Of a stretch of 64,000 bases of DNA, positions 9,439-20,083 are shown piece by piece (position 1 is the stretch's first letter; each line of letters starts with the position of its first letter). The notes below the pieces were generated by a model. That model did no database searches. It had not been told where the DNA came from and saw only the letters and a program-made list of their open reading frames with translations. Source of the stretch: an uncultured Acidimicrobiales bacterium (GTDB lineage: Bacteria; Actinomycetota; Acidimicrobiia; Acidimicrobiales; DATKAS01); NCBI GenBank assembly GCA_963847855.1, contig CAWKBM010000002.1, positions 112,177-176,176 of the forward strand, given 5' to 3'. A program made the position numbers and the translations under genes.

Positions 9439-10454
9439 TCAGCCGCGCCAGAGCTGCAGAGGCGTGCGATCGCGCGGCCCCGTGAACGGCACCGCGACCT
9501 CGGAGCCAGCCGCTGCAGCGGATGCGTACGCGGCACAGACGACGTCGAGCACGGCACGCCCGAAGCGCGCGTCCATCAGCGGAGGCGTGGCACCAGCGAA
9601 CGCCGCGAGGAAGGCCTCGAGCTGGCCGACGTAGCCGTACTGCTCGAGCTGGGGGATCGGTGCCGTGACGGTTGGGAGCGTGAGCACGTCACCGTTGCGC
9701 TCGAGGAGTGGCGTCGGCAACAGCTCAGCTCGCACGACCCCCGTCGCGCTCGCCGCCTGCGCGCTCCACTCGGGCACCTCGCCGCCGCGCCAGCTCGACA
9801 CGACAGTCGCGTTGAAGCCGTGCTCGAACGTAAGGGTCACCACTGCGTGCTCGTCCGTGGGATGGTCGTCCGCTCCTTCGAGCAACGCGGACACCGACAC
9901 CACGTGTGATCGTGCTGCGAGCATCGCGATCGCGACCGGGTGCACACCGAGATCGAAGAGCGCGCCGCCACCCCAGTCTTCGGTGAGGAATTCTCCCAGG
10001 TAGGGCGGCTCTGCACCGTACGTACCTCGAGATGCTGGAGGTCTCCGAGCTGCTCGACCTCGGAGACGAACTGCTGCACGATCGGCGCGTACGCGAGGTT
10101 CTCTGCGTACCCGATGCGAGCGCCGGCTTGCTCCGCGACAACCAGTGCATCGGCGGCGGCGAGCGTCGTGCACAACGGCTTCTCGATCACGACCGAGGCG
10201 CCGCGGCCGATGGCGTGCAGCGCGTGGTCGGCATGGCACTGAGGCGCGCTGCACACGACGACGAGCTCCGCGTCGCCGGGCAGCTCGTCGTAGCGGCAGG
10301 CGATCGCGCCCATGCGGGTCGCCATCTCCTTTGCCTTCTCGTGGTGCCGTGATGCGACGCGGCTGATCGGAAGGCCGAGCTGCTTCGAGGCGAGACCGTG
10401 CACGGCTGCGATCCAGCCCGCGCCGGCGAACGCGACGCGAGGGGCGTCGTTCAC
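9439..10454 (-). CDS. Gfo/Idh/MocA-family oxidoreductase; one frame break near 10020
   Basis: The N-terminal Rossmann half (RVAFAGAGWIAAVH..EKPLCTT) is in the 9837-10454 ORF. The C-terminal half (GGGALFDLGVHPVAIAML..) is in the 9439-10254 ORF. Confidence 0.75.
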
Positions 10455-11386
10455 GTGCCGGCGAGTGCGGTCACCACGGGGGCGAACGGCTCGACGTCGC
10501 CGGTGCCGACGATCACGTAGGAGAACCCCCAGCGCTCTCGCCGTTCGTGCAACGTCTCGACGATCTGCTCGACGGTGCCGACCAGCGCGAACGGCGTGCG
10601 CAGCGCGGCGTCGGGAGTCATCCCGAAGCCTCCCGCGAGGCGTGCGGCCAACCCCTCACGGTCGTCGGTCACGCTCACGACGAAGGCGCGCACGTTCATC
10701 TCGAGTGACGCGAAACGTGGGCCGGCGGCGAGCTTCACGATCGCGACCTTCTCGTCGACCGCGTCGGGTGTCATCGATGCAAGCGCCTCAGGCCCGATCG
10801 CACCAGCGGCCATGGTGCCGTTGATGCCCACGATGTCGGCCTCGCGGGCCGCGATCGACAGCACGCGTTTGCCGCCGCCTCCGATCAGGATCGGCACGCG
10901 CGACTGCACCGGCTTCGGAAGGCCGTCGAGCCCGGTGACGGTGTAGTGCTGCCCGGTGAACGAGAACGGACCCGGCCCGAAGTGGCCCTTGATGACTGCG
11001 AGACCCTCCTCCAGACGATCGATGCGTACGCCGGGAGGGTCGTAGGGGATGCCGGACCAGTCGTAGTCCGCGCGCTCCCATCCCGCTCCGATGCCGACCT
11101 CGAGACGACCATCCGAGAGCAGATCCATCGTGGCGAGCTCCTTCGCGAGCACGACAGGATGCTTGTAGTCGTTGTCCCAAACGAGGGCACCGATGCGCAG
11201 GGTGGTCGTCACCGCGGCCGCCGCCATGAGCGCGGGCACCGGGGCCATCTGGTTCCCGAAGTGATCGGGCATCGTCAGCGTCGAGTAGCCGAGGTCTTCT
11301 GTCTGACGGGCGAGCTCGCTCCACTCCTTGCCCGACATCGGGCTCGACGCCTGGATGCCGAAGCGGAAGCCGTGGTGCTGACCCAT
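10451..11386 (-). CDS. LLM-class (luciferase-like) F420-dependent oxidoreductase
   Basis: 311 aa with LGYSTLTMPDHF and RLEVGIGAGW motifs. Confidence 0.8.
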   Translation of the reverse strand: MGQHHGFRFGIQASSPMSGKEWSELARQTEDLGYSTLTMPDHFGNQMAPVPALMAAAAVTTTLRIGALVWDNDYKHPVVLAKELATMDLLSDGRLEVGIGAGWERADYDWSGIPYDPPGVRIDRLEEGLAVIKGHFGPGPFSFTGQHYTVTGLDGLPKPVQSRVPILIGGGGKRVLSIAAREADIVGINGTMAAGAIGPEALASMTPDAVDEKVAIVKLAAGPRFASLEMNVRAFVVSVTDDREGLAARLAGGFGMTPDAALRTPFALVGTVEQIVETLHERRERWGFSYVIVGTGDVEPFAPVVTALAGT

Positions 11387-11448
11387 CGAGGCACGTTATC
11401 GCCGGGTCGCGCACGCGCGACCCAAGTCAGACAAGGGCGGCGGGTAGT

Positions 11449-13747
11449 TTGGAGGGGCTGTGCGCGCCCCGGCACCCTTCTCCGACTCACCTCCGTCATC
11501 GTTCTGGCCGGTGTCGGCGCGGCAGGTCTCACTGCGGCGATCCTGCCGCAGGCGGCCGACCTCGTGAGCGCCCATGTCGAGACGGCGTCGCTGCCGGAGC
11601 TGAACCCGCTCGCGCAGCGGTCGGTGATGTACGCGGCCGACGGCTCCGTGATGGCGGTGCTCAAGGCCGAGGAGAACCGCAAGCCGGTGGCGCTGGCCCA
11701 AGTGCCGCAACCGGTGATCGACACCGTGCTCGCGGTCGAGGACGCCGAGTTCTACCACCACCGCGGGGTCAACGCTCGGTCTCTGATCCGGGCGCTGCTG
11801 GCCAACGTCTCCGCCGGCGGGGTCACACAGGGCGGGTCGACCATCACGCAGCAGGTCGTGAAGAACGCCCTGCTCACACCGAAGCGCGATGCCAACCGCA
11901 AGCTCAAAGAGGCAATCTACGCCGTGCGCCTCGAACGCACGATGACGAAGGACGAGATCCTCGAGCGCTACCTCAACACCGTGTACTTCGGAAACGGCGC
12001 GTACGGCGTGCAGGCCGCTGCCGAGCTCTACTTCGGTACGGATGTCGGTCAGCTCGGCTACCCGCAAGCCGCGTTCCTCGCCGGCCTGATCCGCAACCCG
12101 GTCGGCTATGACCCGTTCCGCTTCCCGGTGCGCGCCACCGATCGGCGTCGCGTGGCGCTCAACCGTCTCGTCGACGTCGGGAAGCTGACGCGTGAGCAAG
12201 CCGACCTCATCGACGCAACGCCGGTCCCGACCTCGCCTCAGACGACGTCGAGCTCGCCGCCCCCCGAGGACTACTTCGTCGAAGAGGTGAAGCAGCAGCT
12301 TCTCGACGATGTACGGCTCGGCGACACCGCGCAAGAGCGGTACAACGCCGTCTTCAAGGGCGGGTTGCAGATCTACACGACCTTCGACCCGAAGATGCAG
12401 CAAGAGGCGCTGCAAGCCCGCAACGACCAGCTCCCCGATACGGGCGGCAAGTTCACGGTCGCCCTCGTGGCGATCGACCCTCAGACGGGCGCCGTGAAGG
12501 CGATGGTCGGCGGCCCGGGCTTCGAGAACGCGAAGTTCAACCTGGCGACGCAAGGTATTCGGCAACCGGGCTCGTCCTTCAAGACGTTCGTGCTCGTCGC
12601 CGCGCTCGAGGCGGGCGTGCGGCCGACTGACATCATCGACGGCACCAGCCCCTGTCGCTTCCCGCTCCCCGGAGGCCAGCCCGACTACGTGATCGCGAGC
12701 GAGGGCGCCGGCGTCGGCCCGATCTCGAAGATGATCGCCCTGTCGATCAACTGCGCGTTCGTGCGACTCGGGCTCATCGTGGGTCTCGACCGCGTGATCG
12801 ACACGGCCCGGCGGATGGGGATCACGTCCAAGCTCGATGCGCTCCCCTCGATGAGCATCGGCTCAGAGGAGATCTCGCCTCTGGAGATGGCGTCGGCGTA
12901 TGGCGTCCTGGCTGCTGATGGGGGGCGTCATCCTGCGTACTACGTGGACAAGATCTTGGACAGCAGCGGCGATGTCATCATCCAGCACGACGACTTGCAG
13001 GCGGAACAGGCCGTCGACCCTGGCGTCGCCCGTCTCGCGACGCAGATGCTGCAAGGCGTCGTGAAGAGCGGCACAGGCAAGCGAGCCGCTCTCGCCGATC
13101 GCCCGGTCGCCGGCAAGACCGGCACGTCGCAGGACAACGCTGACGCGTGGTTCGTCGGCTATACCCCACAGCTCGTGACGGCTGTGTGGATGGGCGCACC
13201 TGAGGGCCGAATACCGATGCGCAACGTCGGCGGCATCAATGTGACTGGTGGTTCGTATCCTGCGAAGGTGTGGCATGAGTTCATGGCGAAGGCTCTCGAA
13301 GGCCAACCGGTAGTGCAGTTCGGCGATCCGCCTGACTTGTCCGACCGTCGTCCGGCGCGCCTGTACCTCCCCTACGTCGAGTGTGGATACGACCCGCCCA
13401 CGAGCGTGGTGTTCGGCGGCGGCACCACCTCGACGAGCGGCGGCGCGGCGAGGCCCGGCCGCACGACGACGACCTCGTCGACCACGACCACGACGATCGA
13501 CCCTGCGCTGACGACGACGACGCTTCCGCGCAACCGACCGGTGCCGTCCGTGCCAACCAACTACGTCGTGACGAGCTGTGGCCGCTTCAACCTCGTCCAG
13601 CCGCGCAGTGGGCCGACGACGGCTCCGCCTGACACAGGCGCGGTCTCGCAGGAGCCGACGGGTGCCGGCGACGATCCTTCGATCACGGTGCAGTTCCCGG
13701 TGCTCAGCCCGCAAGGCGGCGGGCCCCCGACGACGGTGGCGCCGTGA
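11449..13747 (+). CDS. class A penicillin-binding protein (transglycosylase/transpeptidase)
   Basis: Glycosyltransferase motifs EDAEFYHHRGV, GGSTITQQVVKN, RKLKEAIYAVRLE; transpeptidase motifs SSFK and KTGT. Start uncertain: the main frame has no start codon upstream of the TM helix. TTG 11449 (frame 1, after AAGGGCGG) joins the main frame if one C of the run 11467-11470 is ignored. The ORF-track extension back to 10946 is antisense to the LLM gene. Confidence 0.85.
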
Positions 13748-14453
13748 CCCTTCAGGATGACCTTCTCGCCCTTCAGCGCTCTGACACGCACCTCGACCAG
13801 CTGCACCACCGCCACTCCCATCTCCCCGAGCGCAAGGACATGGAGGTGCTCGACGCGGCACTCTCCGATCTCCGCGGAGATGCCGAGAAGCTCTCCACGC
13901 GGCAGACGGACCTGTCGCGCAGCCAGCGCCGGCTCGAGGACGAAGTCGCGTCGATCGAAGGCAAGCGCGCCGAGATCGACCGCAAGCTGTCCGCTGGCAC
14001 GATCCACGCGAGCTGCAGGCATTGATGGAGGAAGCGGACGCGTGCAAACGTCGGCAGCGGTCGCTCGAAGACGAGCTCCTCGAGATCATGGAGCTCGCCG
14101 AGCCTGTTGCCGCGCAGCTGACCGGCCTGGCGGAGCAGCAGGAAGACCTGCAGTCCCGGCGCGCCGCGGCCAAGGAGCGGGTCGATGCCGCCGAGGCCGA
14201 GATCGTCGGAGAGGTCGCCTCGGTGGAGTCGCAGCGCACGTCGGAGGCATCGGCGCTCTCAGCGCAGGTGCTCGCGGAATACGACCGTCTGCGTTCGCGC
14301 ATGGATGGCGTTGCCGTCAGCGAGCTCATCGGCACGACGTGCACCGGATGCCACACGACGCTCGCGGCGATGGAGTGCGAGCGAATCCGGCGTGAGCCGC
14401 CCGACGCGATCGTGTACTGCGAGCCGTGTGGCCGCATCGTGGTTCGTCACTGA
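13744..14453 (+). CDS. coiled-coil / C4 zinc-ribbon protein (DUF164-like); one frame break near 14005
   Basis: The GTG overlaps the PBP stop (GTGA). The N-terminal coiled coil is in the 13744 ORF. The 14022 ORF supplies ELQALMEEADACKRRQRSLEDE.. and the C-terminal CTGC..CEPC ribbon. Confidence 0.7.
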
Positions 14454-14456
14454 CCT

Positions 14457-15027
14457 GTGCTCGTCGTCGTGCGCCACGGCCGCACCGCCGCGAACGCCGC
14501 GGGCCTGCTGCTCGGACGTCACGATCCTCCGCTCGATCTTCTCGGCATCGAACAGGCGGGTCGCGTGGTCGCGCGCCGTGGGGCCGGTGACCCGAGTGGT
14601 GTCGAGCCCGTTGCGTCGCGCGTGGGAGACCGCAGAGGGATTCGGGCTGCCGGTCGAAGTCGACGAGCGTTGGACCGAGCTCGATTACGGCGAGTTCGAC
14701 GGGGTACCCGCGACGGACGTGCCCGAGGCGATATGGGAGCAGTGGCGGGCCGACCCGGACTTCGCGCCCCCCGGCGGAGAATCGAACGCTGCGCTCACGC
14801 GGCGAGTGCACGCGGCGTGTGACGACCTCTGCGAGCAAGCCCGCGAGGTGACGGTCGTCGTCGTGAGCCACGTCTCGCCGATCAAGGCGGCGGTCGCGTG
14901 GGCGCTCGGAGTCGGACCTGAGCTCGCGTGGCGCACGCATCTCGACCCAGCGTCGATCACTCGCATCGTGATCGGTCGACGTGGCCCGGTGCTGCGCACG
15001 TTCAACGAGGTCGCGCACCTCGACTGA
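14457..15027 (+). CDS. histidine phosphatase (CobC/phosphoglycerate mutase-like) family protein; one +1 frame break near 14565
   Basis: N-terminal VVVRHGRTAAN (RHG motif) is in frame 0. The remainder (VVSSPLRRAWETAEGF..VVVVSHVSPIKA) is in frame 1. Confidence 0.7.
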
Positions 15028-15590
15028 CTCGGATGACGCCTTCGGCCGTGCGAGCTGGTCGGGGTTGGGTGAGCGAGTCATCCGAGGCCGTGCCGAGGTA
15101 AACGAAGGCGAGGATCAACGCGGTCTCGGAGAGCGCGAGCGCGCTGCGCACCATCGGGTCATAGCAAGGCTCACCTGTGCGCCACATCGAGCCGATGCCG
15201 AGCGCGGTGGCCGCGAGCAACAGGTTCTGCACCGCGGACGCTCCGGCGCTCACTTGCTCGATGGTGGGGATCGCGCCGGGGACTGGCTCGATGGCGACCA
15301 CGATCACCATCGGCGCGCGGCCGAGCTTCGTGCGCTCCTTGTCGAGCTTCGCTGGGATCGGGTCGACACCTTCTGCGCGACACCGCTGGACATACGCGTC
15401 GGCGAGCACGGCTCCGAAGTCGTCCTTTGCCTCGCCCTCGAGGACGAAGAACCGCCAGGGTTTCAGCGATCCGTGGTCAGGCGCGCTGGCGGCAGCATCG
15501 AGCAATGTCGACAGCTGTTCGGCCGTTGGTGCGGGCGCGACCAGCCTGCCGGTGGAACGTCGGAGGGCGATCGCGGTCGAGCGCGTCCAT
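15002..15590 (-). CDS. nitroreductase family protein; probable frame break near 15575
   Basis: AIALRRSTGRLV..APDHGSLKPWRFFVL..AVQNLLLAATALGIGSMW. ATG 15590 (MDALD) is in the adjacent frame and joins if one base is ignored. The long N-terminal extension to 15715 looks non-genic. Confidence 0.7.
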
Positions 15591-15775
15591 CGCTGCAGCA
15601 AAGCACACCGGGTTTGTGGGTCGCCGCCCGTTGGGGTGGGGTGAGCGGCGACCCACTGCGGAGCCCCCGGTGTGGTGGGTGCGATGGAGGCACCGATTGC
15701 GAGAGTACGTGGCAATGCTTGCGCTCTTCAAGAAAGTGACGGTGACGACACCACTGATTGCCGACGATTGTTCCG

Positions 15776-16961
15776 TCAGCCGAGACGCAGTGTCTCCAGA
15801 GGCTCGAGTCGCGCGGCTTTCACCGAGGGGTACAGCCCCGCGACCACAGAAACCGCGACGGCGAGTCCGATCCAGAGGGGCATGCGCCCATAGTCGATGA
15901 CGACCACCCAGCCCGCGAGCTTCGAGATCAATCGCACGATCGCAACGCCGAGCGCGGCCCCGAGGAGACCACCGAAGAGACCGACGAAGATCGCTTCGAG
16001 AAGGAACTGTGATGCGATCGTGCTGCGCGTGTGTCCCAACGCGCGGCGAATGCCGATCTCAGATGACCGCTGGATCACCGAGATCGACATCACGTTCGCG
16101 ATGCCGAGACCGCCGACCGCGAGCGCGAGCAAGCCGGCGAACAGCGCGGTCTGCTGCAATGTCTTGTCTGCCTGAGCGCTTGCCTTCAACGCATCGCTCG
16201 GAACGTCGACGGCGACCTCGTCGGTGCCGCCGAGAGCGATGGCCGTCGGGATCAACACGGCGGTCTGTGGTGTCTTGCCGTCCTCGCTGCGGATGTACAC
16301 CTTCGTCGGGTCGCCCTTCGCTCCGAAGTCAGCCTTGGCCGAGTCGAGCGTGATGAAGACCGCATTGCTCAGTCCCGGGTCGAGGTCGACGTCACCGAGC
16401 ACCCCGACGACCCCGTAGTCGAGCCCGTTCAACCGAATCGTGCGCACTTCGCCAGGTAGGTAGCCGTACTGCCGCCGCGAGCTGTTTGCCGATGACGGCC
16501 GCGTGGATCTTCGCGCCGAGGTCAGCCTGGCCGAACCAGCGGCCCTCGACCACCGGCACCTGCAGCACCCGAGGGAGGTTCACGTCGGCAGCGAGCACCG
16601 GGACCGGGAACGCCTGGAAGTAGTCGGCAGCGCCTTGGTACGGGATCGACACGACGCCGTTGATCTCGGCCACCGCCGACGCTCCTGTGACCGATCCCAC
16701 GCGTTGCACTCGGTCGACGACGTCGTCGGGGAGCGTGGGGTTCTGATCCCCGAACGCGCCGCCCGCCTTCGCGACGATCAAGCTGGTGCCGAGCTGTGAC
16801 AGCTTCTCTTTCAGGTCGCCCTTCGCGCTCTCGGTCAGGCCAACCGCACCGACCATCGCGGCGACGCCGACGATCGGCCCCAGCATGATCAGGAACGTGC
16901 GGATGACGCGGGCGGTGAGACCCGCCCATGCGACGCCCAGCAGGTCCCTGAACCCGCTCAC
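15776..16961 (-). CDS. MacB/FtsX-type ABC transporter permease; one frame break near 16450
   Basis: The N-terminal TM plus periplasmic domain is in ORF 16392-16961. The C-terminal FtsX 3-TM bundle (..SVIQRSSEIGIRRALGHT..) is in ORF 15776-16447. The GTG start overlaps the ATPase stop (GTGA 16958-16961). Confidence 0.8.
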
Positions 16962-17635
16962 GACTCGTCCCCGACGATCTGGCCGTCCCGCATCGAGATC
17001 TTGCGGTGGGCGGTGGCGGCAACGCCGAGATCGTGCGTGACGATCACGACGGCGCGCTCCGGCGACTGCAGGTCGCGGAAGATCTCCATGACGTTTGCCG
17101 CGTTCGTCGAGTCGAGCGCACCGGTGGGTTCGTCGGCGAGCACCATCAGCGGGTCAGTGACGATCGCGCGTGCGATCGCGACGCGCTGCTGCTCGCCACC
17201 CGACATCTGCACGGGACGGTGGTGCGAGCGCGGGCCGAGCCCGACGCGCTCAAGCGCCTGCAGAGCGCGGTCCCGCCTCACTGACGGGCGGATGTCTCGG
17301 TACAGGAGGGCGGTCTCGACGTTTCCGAGGGCGGTCAGGTGGGGGATGAGATGGAACTGTTGGAACACGAAGCCGATCGACTGCCCGCGCAGCTTCGAGC
17401 GGTTCGCGTCGTCGAGCGTCGTGACATCCACACCGCCGACCCGGATGACTCCCTCGCTGGGGAGGTCGAGGCACCCGAGCAGGCCGAGCATCGTCGACTT
17501 GCCCGACCCGGACGGACCGACGATCGAGACGTAGTCGCCCGCGGAGATGGTGAGCGACACGTCGCGCAGCGCGTGCACCAACACCTCGACCCCGTAGGTC
17601 CGCGTGACACCCTCGAGCTCCAAGAGCGCGGTCAT
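16958..17635 (-). CDS. MacB/LolD-type ABC transporter ATP-binding protein
   Basis: 225 aa with Walker A GPSGSGKST, signature SGGEQQRVAIARA and Walker B LADEPTGALD. Confidence 0.9.
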   Translation of the reverse strand: MTALLELEGVTRTYGVEVLVHALRDVSLTISAGDYVSIVGPSGSGKSTMLGLLGCLDLPSEGVIRVGGVDVTTLDDANRSKLRGQSIGFVFQQFHLIPHLTALGNVETALLYRDIRPSVRRDRALQALERVGLGPRSHHRPVQMSGGEQQRVAIARAIVTDPLMVLADEPTGALDSTNAANVMEIFRDLQSPERAVVIVTHDLGVAATAHRKISMRDGQIVGDES

Positions 17636-17653
17636 CAGGACGCGCTCATCAGA

Positions 17654-20083
17654 TCACGGCTTGGGCGTGTCGACTTCGACGACCACGACCTCGTCGCCCT
17701 TCAGCCCTTGGGTGACTTCGATGAAGCTGCCTTCGCTCAAGCCGGTCGTGACGGGCGTCTCGGTGATCTTGCCGCCATGGTCGAGGTCGATGACGCGCAC
17801 GACGTCCTCGCCCTGGCCGTTCTGCTTGACGGCCGCAATCGGCACGGTGAGCACGTCGGTCTTCTCCTGGATCACCACGTCGAGCGTGACGAGGGCGCCG
17901 TCGGCCCCTCCGAGATCGCCTTGCAGCTCGACCTTCCCTTCGTAGCTCTGCTCACCGGTGTCTGCCTTGACCGTCGCGTTGTCGTCGAGCTGCGAGATCG
18001 TTCCCTGCGCCGTCTCGGTGCCACCCACGAGCGTTGCGGTGACCTGCTGCGCGATCTGCAGCTTCGTACGGTCTGATGCGGTCGCCTTCAAGGTCACGGT
18101 GAAGCCCGAGTCGGTCAGTGAGAACAGCGCGGTGCCGGATGGCACGAACTGCCCTTCGTCGACGATCATCTGGCCGAGCCGGGTCGGCCACTTTCCGACG
18201 ATCATGTCGGTCGGCTTGAACGTGACGTCCTCGTTGACCGTGAGCACTGCGATGCCCGCCACCGTCTGGCCCTTGTGGAGCACGACTGTGCCCGCGAGCG
18301 GTTGGAAGTCCTGGCCCGGCTGTGCGCTGCCCTGCACCGAGTAGTTCACCGTGGTGTCCTGCGAGGGCGCCTGGTCGGCGACGATCGCGAGTCGTGATGC
18401 TGATCCCCCGAGCACGCGTACGGTGCCGCCGACGAGCTGCAGCTCGGGCAGGTCATCCGACTGGATCGTGACCGTGCCGCCCGACGGGTTGCCGACCGCA
18501 TAGGTGTTGCTGGGCGCGAGCGCGACTGAGACGACCTCGTCGGGTTCGACGAGGTCGTCCTGCACGGTGGGCACCGATATCTGCATCGACGACTGCCCAG
18601 CCGGAAGCACGAGGCGTCCCGCCGGACGCAGGTAGTCGATGCCGTCGGATGCGGTGCCGCTGAACTGCAGGATCAGCTCGACGTCGGCGGCGACGGCGCT
18701 GTTCGCGCTCAGGCTGAAGTTGATCGGGCTGCCTTCGGTCACGCTCGTCGTCAGCGGCGACAGCGTGAGCATGGGCTTGGCCGCATCACCCGTGGCGCCC
18801 TGGATGGTGATGACCGCGGTCGAGATCTTGCCCACCTTGTAGTTGGGGGACTGCGCGATGCTCACGATGATCGTCTCGTCGGGCTCGATGATCGAGTCGG
18901 TGAGCGTCTGCACGTCGAACGTGGCGCTCGACGCGCTGTTCAGCGTGACGACTGGCGTGATCGGGTTGTAGTCGATGCCGGCCGTCGCGGTGCCGCTGAT
19001 CTGAAGTGCGACCTGCACGTCGCCACCCGCGTCGCCACCGCTCACTGCGAGCGTGAACTTCCCCCCTTCGACGACCGTGCCCCCCGCCGTGATGGTGATC
19101 TCGGGGAGGTCGTTCGGTGAGGTGATCAAGGTCGTCGCGGCGGGGGAGTCGCCGAGGTCATAGGTGTCACCATCGACGAGGTTGACGGTGAGATCTTCGT
19201 CGCTTTCCGCGACACCGTCGGCGACCGTCGGGATGCTGAGCGGCAACTGCCGTGCGCCGGCGGGAAAGGTGATCTTGCCTTTCGGAGCGACGACGTCGGC
19301 GTCGGACGCCGTGCCAGTGAGGTTCACCGTGAAGTCGATGGGTTGCGTGATGTCCCGGTCGACCTCGACGACGAACTGCGCGGGCGTGCCCTCCTGCGTC
19401 TTCTGACTGAGTGCCCGGATCGAGAGGCGGGGAAGCCCGCCGCCACTCTGGCGGGGGTGGGACCGTCCGACCGGACCCGACGGCGTGCCGAGATCCGGGC
19501 CGATCGTCACCGCGGCGGTGTTCTGCGCGCCGATCTTGTAGCCGTTGCCGTTGGGCTGCAGGCTCACCGTGACGGTCTTGGCCGTGCGCGAGCTCGCACC
19601 GGGATAGTTGTGATCGGCCTGCCACTGCGCGAGCGCGAACCGTGTCTGTTCGGTGTAGAGCTCGTCGATCGGGCCGGGGTTGTACCCCGCGGTGGAGAGG
19701 ATCTGCTCGAGCTGCTTCACGTCGGGGCCCTGCGCCCCGACGTCGAGCGGTCGGTAGAAGGGGAAGTCGCCGGGCTCGGCCACGGCGTCGCGACCGTCGA
19801 TGGCAAGGATCGCCTGGCCGGGCTGCACGTCGGCGCCGTCGTCCAGATAGGTGCGGCTGATGCGCCCCTCAGTCGGGGCGTTGACCTTGCGCTGCTCCAC
19901 TCGGCCGAGCGTGCCGCTCAGCGTGACTTTGTCTTGCAGCGTCTGGCGCTTCACCGCCGCGGTGATGACCAGGTCCTTGTCGGACGCGCTGCCCTTGTCG
20001 CGTGAGGTGAAGACGACCGCACCCACGACCACGAGCGCGACAGCGAGAGCCGCGCCGATCCACTTCTTCCTCGATGAGCTCAT
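17654..20083 (-). CDS. membrane-fusion (HlyD/MacA-like) adaptor with inserted peptidoglycan-binding domain and four Calx-beta repeats
   Basis: 809 aa, intact. N-terminal TM (res 8-25); lipoyl-like VNAPTEGRISRTYLDDGADVQPGQAILAID; PG_binding_1-like QGPDVKQLEQILSTAGYNPGPIDELYTEQTRFALAQWQ; four ~100-aa repeats (res ~217-625); then beta-barrel/MP-like C-terminus. Confidence 0.8.
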   Translation of the reverse strand: MSSSRKKWIGAALAVALVVVGAVVFTSRDKGSASDKDLVITAAVKRQTLQDKVTLSGTLGRVEQRKVNAPTEGRISRTYLDDGADVQPGQAILAIDGRDAVAEPGDFPFYRPLDVGAQGPDVKQLEQILSTAGYNPGPIDELYTEQTRFALAQWQADHNYPGASSRTAKTVTVSLQPNGNGYKIGAQNTAAVTIGPDLGTPSGPVGRSHPRQSGGGLPRLSIRALSQKTQEGTPAQFVVEVDRDITQPIDFTVNLTGTASDADVVAPKGKITFPAGARQLPLSIPTVADGVAESDEDLTVNLVDGDTYDLGDSPAATTLITSPNDLPEITITAGGTVVEGGKFTLAVSGGDAGGDVQVALQISGTATAGIDYNPITPVVTLNSASSATFDVQTLTDSIIEPDETIIVSIAQSPNYKVGKISTAVITIQGATGDAAKPMLTLSPLTTSVTEGSPINFSLSANSAVAADVELILQFSGTASDGIDYLRPAGRLVLPAGQSSMQISVPTVQDDLVEPDEVVSVALAPSNTYAVGNPSGGTVTIQSDDLPELQLVGGTVRVLGGSASRLAIVADQAPSQDTTVNYSVQGSAQPGQDFQPLAGTVVLHKGQTVAGIAVLTVNEDVTFKPTDMIVGKWPTRLGQMIVDEGQFVPSGTALFSLTDSGFTVTLKATASDRTKLQIAQQVTATLVGGTETAQGTISQLDDNATVKADTGEQSYEGKVELQGDLGGADGALVTLDVVIQEKTDVLTVPIAAVKQNGQGEDVVRVIDLDHGGKITETPVTTGLSEGSFIEVTQGLKGDEVVVVEVDTPKP
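18209..19435 (-). repeat. four tandem Calx-beta-like domain repeats (protein level) inside the adaptor gene
   Basis: Each unit carries SGTA(S/T)xG(I)DY..G.L.LPAG....I.V.TV.D...E.DE...V.L. An example is QFSGTASDGIDYLRPAGRLVLPAGQSSMQISVPTVQDDLVEPDEVVSVAL. Confidence 0.7.

Noticed and set aside
10946-11448. N-terminal 170-aa extension of the PBP ORF
   Set aside because: It is antisense to the LLM oxidoreductase gene, has no PBP-like sequence, and lies upstream of the membrane anchor.
12863-14437. 524-aa minus-strand ORF; likewise 11396-12565 (389 aa) and 55716-57386 (556 aa)
   Set aside because: They are antisense to the PBP, DUF164 and aminotransferase genes. They are shadow ORFs with Arg-rich low-complexity translations.
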